Source: an uncultured Planctomycetia bacterium
GTDB taxonomy: Bacteria; Omnitrophota; Gorgyraeia; Duberdicusellales; Duberdicusellaceae
Length of the DNA: 64,000 nt
Assembly (NCBI GenBank): GCA_964634935.1
Contig: CAZWJT010000003.1
Span: 52,323-116,322, forward strand
Direction of reading: 5' to 3'
Position numbers and translations under genes: made by a program. Shown here in pieces: positions 16,700 to 26,437 of the stretch. The notes below the pieces were generated by a model. The model did not search any database, had not been told where the DNA came from, and was given only the letters and a program-made list of their open reading frames with translations. Each line of letters begins with the position of its first letter. Within the stretch, counting starts at the first letter, position 1.

Positions 16700-18142
16700 A
16701 TGGAACGGCTCATCTTTGATAAGTCGGTTCAGTCGCGTCCCGGGGTCCCCGTTCCGCAAACGACCGTACCAAGGGATTCGGTATCGTCTTTTATTCCAGA
16801 AAAATTTCTCCGAAGCCTCCCTTTGAATTTCCCTTCTTTAAGTGAGCTTGATGTTGTCCGGCATTATACTGCTCTGGCTCATGCCAATTTCAGTGTCGAC
16901 GCAAATTTTTACCCACTTGGATCTTGCACGATGAAGTACAATCCAAAGCTCAACGAGCTGGCCGCTCAAAAGCAGGGTTTTTCTGAATTGCATCCTTACG
17001 CTCCGGAGGAGCAGGTACAGGGAGCGTTGAAGCTCTTATCGTGTCTTGAACAATTTCTATGCGAAATTACCGGTATGTCTCGGTTTACTTTCCAGCCGGC
17101 AGCTGGGGCCCATGGGGAACTCTGCGGAATACTTATGATCCGTGCTTACCATCATTCCCGCCGTACGAATAAAACCAAAGTTTTAATACCCGATTCAGCT
17201 CATGGAACGAATCCGGCCAGTTGCGCTATGGCTGGGTACGAAGTGGTTGAAATAAAGAGTGGTCCTGACGGGCTCGTGGATATCGATACCCTGAAGAAAC
17301 ATATCAGTGAAGATACAGCCGCTTTGATGTTGACAAACCCAAATACTGTCGGGCTTTTTGAGAAGAAAATTCTTGAGATTGCGGAAATTGTCCATAGCGC
17401 CGGAGCGCTCCTTTACTACGATGGGGCAAATCTTAATGCATTATTGGGAGTAGTGCGGCCAGCAGACATTGGTTTTGATATTATGCACATCAATCTCCAT
17501 AAAACATGCGCCACTCCTCATGGCGGAGGAGGTCCTGGAGCGGGGCCAGTTGGCGTTGTTTCTGAACTCATGCCGTTCCTCCCGGTTCCTCTGGTTGAGC
17601 AGAAAGCGGAAAAGTATTATCTGAATTACGACCTTCCCTACACGATCGGTAAGATGCGGAGTTTTTACGGCAATTTTTCTGTTTGTATCAAGGCCTACAT
17701 ATATCTTTTAAGTCTGGGACAAGAATATATTCGTGATGTGGCACGCTATTCTGTGTTGAACGCGAACTATATACGGGCAAAACTGAAAGATCTATATGAA
17801 CTTGCTTATGACGCATGCTGCATGCACGAGGTTGTCTTCTCGGCAAAAAAAGAGAAAGCACAAGGGGTTTCTGCGTTGGATATAGCCAAGCGGTTGATTG
17901 ATTTTGGAATACATCCACCCACGGTGTATTTCCCTTTGATTGTGAAAGAAGCCTTGATGATTGAACCCACAGAGACTGAAAGCAAGGAAACGTTAGATCG
18001 TTTTATCGAAGTTATGAGACAGATCGCGCACGAGATCAAAACTGAGCCAGGTCTTCTGAAGAATGCTCCGCTCAAAACCGCTCTTTCCCGTCTTGATGAA
18101 GCAAAAGCCGCACGCGAACTAAACTTGCGATGGCGGCCATAA
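16700..18142 (+). CDS. gcvPB: glycine dehydrogenase (decarboxylating) subunit 2
   Basis: GcvPB family, PLP-lysine region HINLHKTCATPHGGGGPG. Confidence 0.9.
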   Translation: MERLIFDKSVQSRPGVPVPQTTVPRDSVSSFIPEKFLRSLPLNFPSLSELDVVRHYTALAHANFSVDANFYPLGSCTMKYNPKLNELAAQKQGFSELHPYAPEEQVQGALKLLSCLEQFLCEITGMSRFTFQPAAGAHGELCGILMIRAYHHSRRTNKTKVLIPDSAHGTNPASCAMAGYEVVEIKSGPDGLVDIDTLKKHISEDTAALMLTNPNTVGLFEKKILEIAEIVHSAGALLYYDGANLNALLGVVRPADIGFDIMHINLHKTCATPHGGGGPGAGPVGVVSELMPFLPVPLVEQKAEKYYLNYDLPYTIGKMRSFYGNFSVCIKAYIYLLSLGQEYIRDVARYSVLNANYIRAKLKDLYELAYDACCMHEVVFSAKKEKAQGVSALDIAKRLIDFGIHPPTVYFPLIVKEALMIEPTETESKETLDRFIEVMRQIAHEIKTEPGLLKNAPLKTALSRLDEAKAARELNLRWRP

Positions 18143-18951
18143 GAAAGTGGTATTTTCTGGATAGCGGGCTTCTCTCCGGTCCTGAAAATATGGCCTTGGA
18201 CGAAGCTTTATTCCGTAGTTATCGCGAGGGAACCTTGCTCTATCCCATCTTTCGCATTTACGGCTGGAATCCTCCCGCTTTTTCTCTCGGGTATAGCCAG
18301 AACCCAACAGAAGAATTCTTCCTTGAAAGATTCCCGGATTTGTGTTTTGTGCGCCGGATCACCGGCGGAGGGATTATTTACCATGAAAATGAGCTTACGT
18401 ATAGTATCGCTGCCAAGATTGAAGATTTTGGAATTTTTTCCTCAGTGAAAGAATCCTACAAGTATATTTGTGCTTTTTTGGTTGCTTTTTACAAACGTTT
18501 AGGACTCCATCCCGCTTTTGCTTGTGAAACGAAGGCTCAGGAGCGATTCGGAGAATTTTCTCCATTCTGTTTTTCCAAGAAAGAGGCATACGATATTACT
18601 ATTGGCGGCAAGAAAATCGGCGGTAACGCCCAACGACGGAAGAAAAACTTCTTACTGCAGCATGGTTCGATACCGCTTTCCATTCATCGGGAAGCAATCA
18701 AAGAAGTTCTTCGGAGCGGCTCGATAGATCTTACCGGGTGCGTTTCTTTGGATGAACTTTTTGGAAAACGCCTGGAGTATCAACAGACCAAGTATTTTCT
18801 GAAACAGGCGTTCCAGGAGACGTTCGGCATTGAGTTTTTCGAATTGGACCCTACGGTGGTACGACCATTCTGGACGGAGATTCTAGAACAAAAATATTTA
18901 TCTCGGGAATGGAATTATCGTCTTGCCAGCGTTTCATTTACCCATGGTTGA
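18130..18951 (+). CDS. lipoate-protein ligase A family protein (catalytic BPL/LPL domain only)
   Basis: RRITGGGIIYHENELTYSI and GGKKIGGNAQRR lipoyl-AMP-binding Lys motif; 273 aa, no C-terminal accessory domain. Confidence 0.75.
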   Translation: MAAIRKWYFLDSGLLSGPENMALDEALFRSYREGTLLYPIFRIYGWNPPAFSLGYSQNPTEEFFLERFPDLCFVRRITGGGIIYHENELTYSIAAKIEDFGIFSSVKESYKYICAFLVAFYKRLGLHPAFACETKAQERFGEFSPFCFSKKEAYDITIGGKKIGGNAQRRKKNFLLQHGSIPLSIHREAIKEVLRSGSIDLTGCVSLDELFGKRLEYQQTKYFLKQAFQETFGIEFFELDPTVVRPFWTEILEQKYLSREWNYRLASVSFTHG

Positions 18952-19816
18952 GTATCATCTCAGGAAACCGCCCTGGCTTTCAAAAAAGATTGATCTGCGC
19001 GAGTGCGCGCGGGTAGACCGCATTTTACATTCTGAGCGTCTATCAACTATTTGCCGGGATGGATTATGCCCGAATATGTCCGAGTGTTTTTCGCGCGGGC
19101 AAGCGACATTTCTTATTTTGGGGGATATCTGCACGCGGCGGTGCAGTTTTTGTGGGGTTAAGAAGGGAACACCTCGCAATGTAGATCCGAATGAACCGAG
19201 GCGTGTCGCTCAAGCCGCGCGGAAATTAAATTTACGTCACGTCGTGGTAACAAGTGTTACCCGGGATGACCTGGCGGATGGAGGAGCTGCGTTATTTGCT
19301 GAAACCATTGCTTGTCTGCGAGCCGCTTTTTCAGGTAAAGTGGCCGTTGAAATTCTAGTTCCTGATTTTCAACTGAACCCAGAATCCTTGGTGGCCTTGG
19401 CAAAAGAACAACCGGATATTTTCGGGCACAACATAGAAACCATTCCTCGATTGTATCCTGCCGTGCGCAGCACATCGAATTACCAAGTAAGTCTTGCGCT
19501 TCTTCGGACAGCAAAGCAGAAGTTTCCGGGGATCTATACAAAATCAGGAATAATGCTTGGACTCGGGGAAACCGAAGAAGAGGTGCGCGCTGTTTTTAAT
19601 GATTTACGTTCAGTGGAGTGTGATTTTCTAAGTATTGGCCAATATCTGCGTCCCTCGTGTTCGCACTATCCCGTACAGGAGTATGTTCCCCCTGCGCAAT
19701 TCGAAAAGTTAAAGCGCGCTGCTTTAGAGTTTGGATTCCGAGCGGTCGAGAGTGGCCCCTATGTCCGAAGTTCATATCTTGCCGAAAAATATATCGATAA
19801 CATAGTCTCAAGATGA
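18944..19816 (+). CDS. lipA: lipoyl synthase
   Basis: CPNMSEC (auxiliary cluster) and CTRRCSFC radical SAM motifs; ATG 18944 overlaps lplA-like stop. Confidence 0.9.
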   Translation: MVEYHLRKPPWLSKKIDLRECARVDRILHSERLSTICRDGLCPNMSECFSRGQATFLILGDICTRRCSFCGVKKGTPRNVDPNEPRRVAQAARKLNLRHVVVTSVTRDDLADGGAALFAETIACLRAAFSGKVAVEILVPDFQLNPESLVALAKEQPDIFGHNIETIPRLYPAVRSTSNYQVSLALLRTAKQKFPGIYTKSGIMLGLGETEEEVRAVFNDLRSVECDFLSIGQYLRPSCSHYPVQEYVPPAQFEKLKRAALEFGFRAVESGPYVRSSYLAEKYIDNIVSR

Positions 19817-19869
19817 ACCCAGAGTTGACACTTAAAATTTAGTGTGTTATAGTAGAAAAAACAATTTCA

Positions 19870-20661
19870 ATGGCTGAGGAAAAGAAAAAGCCGCAAGAAG
19901 AAGCAAAACCAAAAGTTACCAAAGGGAAGCCTAATTCTCTGTTAGGCATTGTTTTCTTCCTCATTTTTGTCCTGCTCGCCCTTTTCACGCTGGTCACTAT
20001 TTTTATCAAGAAAGAAAAAGAAGAAAATAAACGGATTAGCCTCGAGACAGATCTCGGTAAATCCCAGAAGCTGCTTGAGGAGATCCAGGGAAAATTCAAC
20101 GCGCTTGAAACTGAACTCGCTGACGTAAAAGCCGAACGTGATACCCTGAAAGTGGCAAGCGGAGCAGCCGCCCTAGAGAAGAAAGCGCTGGAGGATAAAG
20201 TCAAGGCGACAGAAACCGAGATCGAGCAGCTTAAAAAAAGTATTGCTGAAAAACAAGATGCCAATACGAGTCTTGAAGGAAAACTCACCCAGCTCAATAC
20301 TACGGTTTTAGAAATGGTTGAAAAAATAAATTCTTTAAAAAAGGAGCTTGTGGCGGCAAGACAGGAGGTCGAAAACAACTTGCCGGTGCAGAAAAAAGAT
20401 CCTCCCAAGAGCGCTCCTCCAGTTGAAGGTTTCATCTGGACCACAAACGAGGTGCATAACTTTGTAGTGATCAGCGTTGGAGAAAAAGATAAGGTGAGCG
20501 AAGGAATGTTGTTTGACGTGCTCGATCAGAATAGCAACACGAAGATCGGTAAGATCGAAATCAAGAATATTCGTGAGAGCATGTCGGTCGCGGATATCGT
20601 CGCTAAGACGCAAAAGATCAAGAAAGGTGACAAAGTCCGCTTAAGTCCAGCCGTTCCGTAA
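19870..20661 (+). CDS. bitopic membrane protein with long coiled-coil and C-terminal beta-rich domain
   Basis: Basic N-terminus, one TM helix (LLGIVFFLIFVLLALFTLVTIFI), about 130 aa heptad-like E/K/L-rich segment, C-terminal about 80 aa of unclear fold. Confidence 0.4.
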   Translation: MAEEKKKPQEEAKPKVTKGKPNSLLGIVFFLIFVLLALFTLVTIFIKKEKEENKRISLETDLGKSQKLLEEIQGKFNALETELADVKAERDTLKVASGAAALEKKALEDKVKATETEIEQLKKSIAEKQDANTSLEGKLTQLNTTVLEMVEKINSLKKELVAARQEVENNLPVQKKDPPKSAPPVEGFIWTTNEVHNFVVISVGEKDKVSEGMLFDVLDQNSNTKIGKIEIKNIRESMSVADIVAKTQKIKKGDKVRLSPAVP

Positions 20662-20668
20662 CCATTCT

Positions 20669-22096
20669 ATGCAGTCTCTTCAAAGGCGCTCCGAAGAACA
20701 CAACCGATCTTTAAACTTATTGCTTCTGCTTATTCTCATCGACTCCTTTTTGATTAACATCGCGGAAGTGATCTCATTTGAAATACGGTTTCAGGGCCTA
20801 CTCCCCGAGTATAATTTCGCTGCGTACCAGAACATGATTCTCTTATTAACAGCGACAAGGCTTTCCTGCCTCTACATTTTTCGTGCGTACCACCACATCA
20901 AAACAAAATCAGCGTTCCAATCATTCGTGGAGATTATTAAGGCGAATACGCTCAGTTCCCTGCTCATTATTGTTGCTGCTTTTTTCTTCGGAAACTTCTC
21001 CTATCCGCGTATCGTCATCGTCTATTCTTGGGTTATTACGACTATCTCTTTGTTCGGTTTACGCATCTTGATCCGCAAAGTTACCGCCGCTTTCTTCAAA
21101 ACGGATTATTTCTTTTCAAAAATGATTATCATCGGCACGAATAAAGAGGCCCAGCGTTTGGGCTTGAATCTTATACAGGACAGCTATGAGCAAATTAAGA
21201 TCGTAGGTTTTATAGCGCTCAACGGCGATGATGTCGCCACTCAAGAAGTACTTTTGAACAATTTCCGGATTTTGGGAAAACTCGATCACATCGAGGATAT
21301 TGTGCGGGATATTAACATCGATGAAATTATCGTTGCTGATCGGAGAATCACGGATCGCCAACTGACATTTCTCTTAAGCCGAGTGAACAAGTATGGAATT
21401 GCCGTACGGATTATTCCGAGTCTCTATGAGATGCTTATTGGCGCTACGGTCCGGCATAATGTTGCTATTCCGCTTGTCAAGCTTACTCTTGAGCCGCTTC
21501 GAGGATGGTATCCGGGATTTAAACGTTTGGCAGATGTACTTTTGGCAATTATTGGGCTTCTTGTTTGTTCGCCGATTTTGCTTCTTGCTTTTTTCGCGCT
21601 CAAGCTCGAAAATATGCCTTCGTCCGCACTGTTTAAGCAGGTTCGGGTTGGTCTCGACGGAAAGGAGTTCGTTCTCTATAAATTAAGGACGATGGTTGAT
21701 GATGCCGAGGAAAAGACCGGACCTGTCTGGGCGGAAAAGAATGATCCGCGAGTTACCCGGGTGGGGAGGCTTCTCCGTATCTCACGGATTGATGAATTAC
21801 CTCAATTGATTAACATTCTGCGCGGAGAAATGAGCCTTATAGGACCTCGGCCTGAGCGGCCATTTTTTATCAAGGAGTTGATCGAAAAGATTCCTTGTTA
21901 CGCCGAGCGGTTTAACGTTAAACCAGGTATTACCGGATGGGCCCAGGTTAACTTTAAGTATGCGTCGAGCATTGCTGATAATCAGGAAAAACTCTTATAC
22001 GACCTTTACTATATCCAAAATATGTCGCCAACCCTTGATTTCTTTATCTTTCTGCGTACCTTGGGTCTTATTTTTGGCAGAATAGAAGTTCATTAA
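20669..22096 (+). CDS. polyprenyl-phosphate sugar-1-phosphate transferase (bacterial sugar transferase, WbaP/PglC large type)
   Basis: N-terminal TM bundle, central Rossmann-like domain, C-terminal LKLRTM...PQLINILRGEMSLIGPRPERP sugar-transferase signature. Confidence 0.8.
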   Translation: MQSLQRRSEEHNRSLNLLLLLILIDSFLINIAEVISFEIRFQGLLPEYNFAAYQNMILLLTATRLSCLYIFRAYHHIKTKSAFQSFVEIIKANTLSSLLIIVAAFFFGNFSYPRIVIVYSWVITTISLFGLRILIRKVTAAFFKTDYFFSKMIIIGTNKEAQRLGLNLIQDSYEQIKIVGFIALNGDDVATQEVLLNNFRILGKLDHIEDIVRDINIDEIIVADRRITDRQLTFLLSRVNKYGIAVRIIPSLYEMLIGATVRHNVAIPLVKLTLEPLRGWYPGFKRLADVLLAIIGLLVCSPILLLAFFALKLENMPSSALFKQVRVGLDGKEFVLYKLRTMVDDAEEKTGPVWAEKNDPRVTRVGRLLRISRIDELPQLINILRGEMSLIGPRPERPFFIKELIEKIPCYAERFNVKPGITGWAQVNFKYASSIADNQEKLLYDLYYIQNMSPTLDFFIFLRTLGLIFGRIEVH

Positions 22097-22213
22097 ATCT
22101 TCTTGAGTGCGTCTTTCCTCCATGGTACAATTCTCTGTATCTCGTCATAGGTTAAAGTACAGAAAATCAACCTTTTCCGTACGTTCCGGGCTGGAGAAGA
22201 AAGCGACTAATAT

Positions 22214-22287
22214 GCGCCCGTAGCTCAATTGGATAGAGCGCCTGGCTACGAACCAGAAGGTTGGGTGTTCAATTCACCCCGGGCGCG
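22214..22287 (+). tRNA. tRNA-Arg (anticodon ACG)
   Basis: Acceptor GCGCCCG/CGGGCGC, D-arm GCTCAATTGGATAGAGC, anticodon loop CTACGAA, T-loop GGGTGTTCAATTCACCC; one C-A mismatch at the base of the anticodon stem. Confidence 0.8.
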
Positions 22288-22382
22288 CTATTAGTCTTTG
22301 CGAGACAATAAGATATGCTCCAAAGGCATTCCGCGCAAAAACAAAATTCCCTCCCTACTTATTCTCGCCTTGTTTGTTGCTC

Positions 22383-22412
22383 TTGAAAAAAGCATAGGAT
22401 ATATTCTATACT
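22383..22412 (+). promoter_or_regulatory. candidate sigma70-type promoter (TTGAAA-18nt-TATACT) upstream of PilZ gene
   Basis: Hexamers at 22383-22388 and 22407-22412; downstream GAGGTG RBS and ATG at 22430. Confidence 0.35.
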
Positions 22413-22429
22413 ATGTTGGGTGAGGTGTA

Positions 22430-22798
22430 ATGGATGAAAGGAGGAAGTTTAGACGGGTAGAGTGTAACGCAAGAGGTCGAGCGGAAAATCTTGAGCAAGG
22501 AATTGAATTTGGAATTGTTACCCGCGATATAACCCCTGAAGGAGTGCGCCTTGTTACTGACTATGGACCAAAAATCGGCGATGTACTTGACTTAAAAATC
22601 ACTATTAACGGAAGCACTGTTCAGTGTACGGCAAAGGTCGTATGGATTGATCATGATCCTTCCCATAATAATCGTGAACGTTTCCAGTGCGGTTTGTCTA
22701 TCACTCACATCCCTTACCGTGATTGGTCTGAGATGATCCATTTTTATAGCAAACAAGTTGGACAGCAGTATTTTTCGAACAATTTTTTACCTTCCTAG
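22430..22798 (+). CDS. stand-alone PilZ-domain protein
   Basis: RRKFRRVE (RxxxR) and TRDITPEGVRL (DxSxxG-like) motifs. Confidence 0.6.
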   Translation: MDERRKFRRVECNARGRAENLEQGIEFGIVTRDITPEGVRLVTDYGPKIGDVLDLKITINGSTVQCTAKVVWIDHDPSHNNRERFQCGLSITHIPYRDWSEMIHFYSKQVGQQYFSNNFLPS

Positions 22799-22887
22799 CC
22801 AGCTTCCCCAAAAGATAGAATAAGCCCGCAAATTATGGTATAATCTTTTCCATAGTTTTAACCCCATGTTTGGCATGGGAAAGCCGT

Positions 22888-24060
22888 ATGGAAATCAAGT
22901 TTTGCGATTTACAAAAACAGCACACTCTTTTACGCTCACAGATTGACCAGCGTCTTCAAAAAGTCATTGCTCATACCCAATTCATCAATGGGCCGGAGAT
23001 CGGCGAGCTTGAAGAGAAGTTAAGGGCTTTTTTAGGGGTAAAACACGCGGTATGTGTTTCATCTGGCACGGACGCGCTTTTTTTAAGCTTGCTTGCTCTC
23101 CAGGTACAGCCCGGCGATTTTGTCATCACCACTCCGTTTACCTTTGTTGCGACCGCTGAAGTGATTTCTCTTCTGGGAGCTTATCCTGTTTTTGTTGATA
23201 TCGAGCCTGATACTTTTAATATTTCGCCGGATAAACTTGAACAATTTCTCAAGTTCCCGAAGCTTCCTTGCATAAAAGGGGCGATTTCTCGAGAAAAGAT
23301 AAAAGCCGTTATAGCCGTAGACCTTTTTGGCCAGTGTGCCGATTATGACCAAATTCTGCAGACAGCCAAACACTATGGGCTTTTGGTGATTGAAGACGGC
23401 GCTCAATCGTTCGGCGCACTCTATAAAGAGAGTAAATCCTGCACGCTCGGGGATATAAGCTGTACCTCATTTTTTCCGGCCAAGCCTTTGGGGTGTTTTG
23501 GCGACGGAGGAGCACTATTCACCAATAATGACCCATGGGCAGAGAGGCTTAAGCTTCTACGCAACCACGGGCAGGAAAAACGTTACAACCATTCGTGCAT
23601 TGGGCTGAATGCCCGCCTGGATACGTTGCAGGCGGCAGTATTGCTTGCTAAGTTCGAAACTTTTCTTTCTCAAGAAACAAAGCTCCGTCAGTCTCTTGCT
23701 GAAAAATACTGCACAGAGCTTGCTCCTTTGGCAAGGCAAGGTTTCCTCGCGCTTCCGGTCGTTAAGCCGTTCAACCGTTCCATCTGGGCGCAGTTTTCGA
23801 TATGCACGGAAGGATCGAGAGACTTGCTGAAAGATTTTTTGCAATCAAAAGGGGTGCCTACGGCCGTACATTATCCAAAACCGTTGCATCTCCAAGATGC
23901 TTTCGCCTATCTTGGTTATACAGCGGGAGATTTTCCTGTTGCTGAAGCTGTCGCGCGGAAAATTATCAGTCTTCCATTTCATCCATATCTCAGCGACGAT
24001 GATTTTGGGTATATCTGTTTGCAGCTCAAGAATCATTATTCTCAAGGCAGTTTGCAGTAA
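22888..24060 (+). CDS. DegT/DnrJ/EryC1/StrS-family PLP-dependent sugar aminotransferase
   Basis: FINGPEIGELE, SSGTDAL, DLFGQ and FFPAKPLGCFGDGGA (Schiff-base Lys region) typical of DegT family. Confidence 0.8.
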   Translation: MEIKFCDLQKQHTLLRSQIDQRLQKVIAHTQFINGPEIGELEEKLRAFLGVKHAVCVSSGTDALFLSLLALQVQPGDFVITTPFTFVATAEVISLLGAYPVFVDIEPDTFNISPDKLEQFLKFPKLPCIKGAISREKIKAVIAVDLFGQCADYDQILQTAKHYGLLVIEDGAQSFGALYKESKSCTLGDISCTSFFPAKPLGCFGDGGALFTNNDPWAERLKLLRNHGQEKRYNHSCIGLNARLDTLQAAVLLAKFETFLSQETKLRQSLAEKYCTELAPLARQGFLALPVVKPFNRSIWAQFSICTEGSRDLLKDFLQSKGVPTAVHYPKPLHLQDAFAYLGYTAGDFPVAEAVARKIISLPFHPYLSDDDFGYICLQLKNHYSQGSLQ

Positions 24061-24094
24061 GCATAGATAAGAGAAAAGGGAGGTGCTGTGCGCC

Positions 24095-25399
24095 ATGAAC
24101 ACTCGTCAGGACGATGATTTTTTGGATATCAGCGTTTTTCTTAAGTTTCTTCTCCGGCAAAAAATTGCCATAGCCGTAACTTGTGCCCTGGTTCTTCTCC
24201 TGGCCCTTCCGGGAATTCTGTTTGAGGAGAAACTGTATCAAGCGCAAGCGTCAATCATGATTATTCCTTCCAAGCTCACTTCAGTATTTTCCCCAACGAA
24301 TATCGTTCTTCAAGCTGACCAGAAGGCGAGTGGAGAGTACGTTGGTCCCAGGCCAACGATTTCAATCTCTTCCCATAAAGAACTTTTGAAATCATCAGTA
24401 GTGTTAGACCGCCTCTTAAAGCGCTGTTTCCAGAGAGAAGAACAAGCAAAAACAAAAGCTTCACCGGCTGTCATACCGGGAAATTTCTCGATACGAGAAA
24501 TACCCGATACGAACATTCTTTTGCTTCAGGTACAATCATCAACCCCGGCAAAAGCCCAGGAGGCAGCCAACGCTTGGGCGGAGATTTACGTGCAGTACAG
24601 TCAAGAGCTCATTGCTGGAGAGATTAAAGGAACGGGTGATTTTATCCAGGAACAGTTTGAATTTACCCAAAAAGAGCTTGTCCATGCCGAGGAGCAGGTG
24701 AAAGAATTTCAAGAACGGAATAAAATAGATATCGCGCAGGCGGATCTTGATCTGAAAAAGTCAAAATATAACGATTATAAAAAGATGTTGATCGAGCTCG
24801 ACGCAGATATCAAAGCGAAAGAGAATCAACTGCAACAATTGAAAAAAGAGATCGCATCACAACCGAAATTTATTGTAGTTTCAAAAGCCATTACCGATGA
24901 CGCCCTCTGGCAATCGGTCTCTAAGAAGGCAGACTTAGGGGCGCTTGCAAATCGTAAACTGCAGAGTGAGATACTTAACCCTATCTATAGCGACCTTGCA
25001 TCTCGAATTGTAAATACAGAAATAGAACTCAACACCTTGCGTCCCAAGATGGAATATATCAGGCGGTTACAGCAGCAAACTAGAAGAGAGATTGACGGGT
25101 TATCGATGGTAATCAGCCAATACCAATTTGAGTTAAAACAATTAAACCGGCAAGTTGAGATTGTGCAGAAAGCTTATAACAATCTTTCAGCGAGAATAGA
25201 AGATACTAAATTTGTGAATTCTGCACAACTTGGAGAAGTGCGTATTGTTTCTCCGGCGACGCTTCCTCAAAATCCAATGAGCGTTTCACGGAAAGCAACA
25301 TTTCTGCAGTATGCTGTGTTGGGAATCATATGCGGCATAGTCATTGCGTTCTTGAAAGAAGCGTTTGAGCGGTACGTAAAAAAGAGAGTTTCCATATAG
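24095..25399 (+). CDS. polysaccharide chain-length determinant (Wzz/GumC-like) protein
   Basis: N-terminal TM, long coiled-coil periplasmic region, C-terminal TM (LQYAVLGIICGIVIAF); AAAGGGAGG RBS before ATG 24095. Confidence 0.55.
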   Translation: MNTRQDDDFLDISVFLKFLLRQKIAIAVTCALVLLLALPGILFEEKLYQAQASIMIIPSKLTSVFSPTNIVLQADQKASGEYVGPRPTISISSHKELLKSSVVLDRLLKRCFQREEQAKTKASPAVIPGNFSIREIPDTNILLLQVQSSTPAKAQEAANAWAEIYVQYSQELIAGEIKGTGDFIQEQFEFTQKELVHAEEQVKEFQERNKIDIAQADLDLKKSKYNDYKKMLIELDADIKAKENQLQQLKKEIASQPKFIVVSKAITDDALWQSVSKKADLGALANRKLQSEILNPIYSDLASRIVNTEIELNTLRPKMEYIRRLQQQTRREIDGLSMVISQYQFELKQLNRQVEIVQKAYNNLSARIEDTKFVNSAQLGEVRIVSPATLPQNPMSVSRKATFLQYAVLGIICGIVIAFLKEAFERYVKKRVSI

Positions 25400-25453
25400 T
25401 GCGGCGCAGTAGAACAAAATAAGATACGTTTGGTTTGTCAATGGGTGGATAGC

Positions 25454-26437
25454 GTGAAACCATACAAAGTTCTCGTCATAGGATGTGGTTCGATTGGAAC
25501 GCGGCATGCGCGTATTCTGAAAAGCATTGTTCCCTGTATTATTTTCGCTTTTCGTCCCGTTCTTCACAGGTCCCGCGCTCATTTTGCAGAGGGAATTTTG
25601 AGTGATTGGGGTAGGGTGCAAAAGGAAAAGATAGATTTTGCGGTTATTGCTAATCCTTCAGCGTTACATATGCGACCAGCATTATCGCTTGCCCAGCTCG
25701 GGATCCCTTTTTTGATTGAAAAACCAGTTTCCACCAGCTTAGAGCATACCAAAAAGTTAGCGGATGCCGTTCATTCGAAGCAAATCCCGGTTCTGGTTGG
25801 TTTTAATCTGCGTTACCATATACTGTATCGAAAATTGAAGCACCTCATCGCATCGAAAACGCTCGGCATACCCCTCTTTTTTTCCGCAGAGACAGGATAT
25901 TTTTTGCCATATTGGCGGAACGACGATTATCGGAAAAGTTATTCTGCCCAGAAACTTCTTGGGGGCGGGGTCATTTTTGATCTTACCCATGAACTGGATA
26001 TGGCGGTTGATTTATTCGGTCCAGTCAGTGCAGTTAGCTGTATGAAAGGAAAAATCTCCAATTTACAAATTCAGACAGAAGATATTGCCGAAATCAGTTT
26101 GCGGCATAAGAATAAAAGATTTTCGCACATTCATGTTGATTATCTCCAGAAAAAGTACACCCGGCGGTTTAAGGTGGTTTGCGAACGGGGAGAGATTGTG
26201 TGGGATTATGCACAGGGATGCATTAATGTTTTTCGCGGGAAAACAACAGGCACGGTGGCACAGCCTGCGGATTATCATCGAGATGAAACATTTTATCGAC
26301 AGGCGAAACACTGGCTTTCTGTTTTTCGGGGAAAGGAAGACCCCGAATGCTCTTTGGCTCAAGGAATTTATGTGTCTGCTGTTGCCATCGCGGCTCATCG
26401 TTCGGCAGAGCAGAAAAAATGGGTAACGGTGTCATGA
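25454..26437 (+). CDS. Gfo/Idh/MocA-family oxidoreductase
   Basis: KVLVIGCGSIGTRHA N-terminal Rossmann motif; probable GTG start at 25454 (ORF-track TTG 25430). Confidence 0.65.
   Translation: MKPYKVLVIGCGSIGTRHARILKSIVPCIIFAFRPVLHRSRAHFAEGILSDWGRVQKEKIDFAVIANPSALHMRPALSLAQLGIPFLIEKPVSTSLEHTKKLADAVHSKQIPVLVGFNLRYHILYRKLKHLIASKTLGIPLFFSAETGYFLPYWRNDDYRKSYSAQKLLGGGVIFDLTHELDMAVDLFGPVSAVSCMKGKISNLQIQTEDIAEISLRHKNKRFSHIHVDYLQKKYTRRFKVVCERGEIVWDYAQGCINVFRGKTTGTVAQPADYHRDETFYRQAKHWLSVFRGKEDPECSLAQGIYVSAVAIAAHRSAEQKKWVTVS

Noticed and set aside
19817-19869. Possible hairpin (ACACT-TAAAATTT-AGTGT) after lipA as a terminator
   Set aside because: Only a 5-bp AT-rich stem and no following T-tract. Too weak to call.
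19839-20444. 201-aa Ser/Leu-rich minus-strand ORF
   Set aside because: Antisense shadow of the coiled-coil gene. Its GAA/AAG-rich codons read as TTC/CTT. Low-complexity composition.
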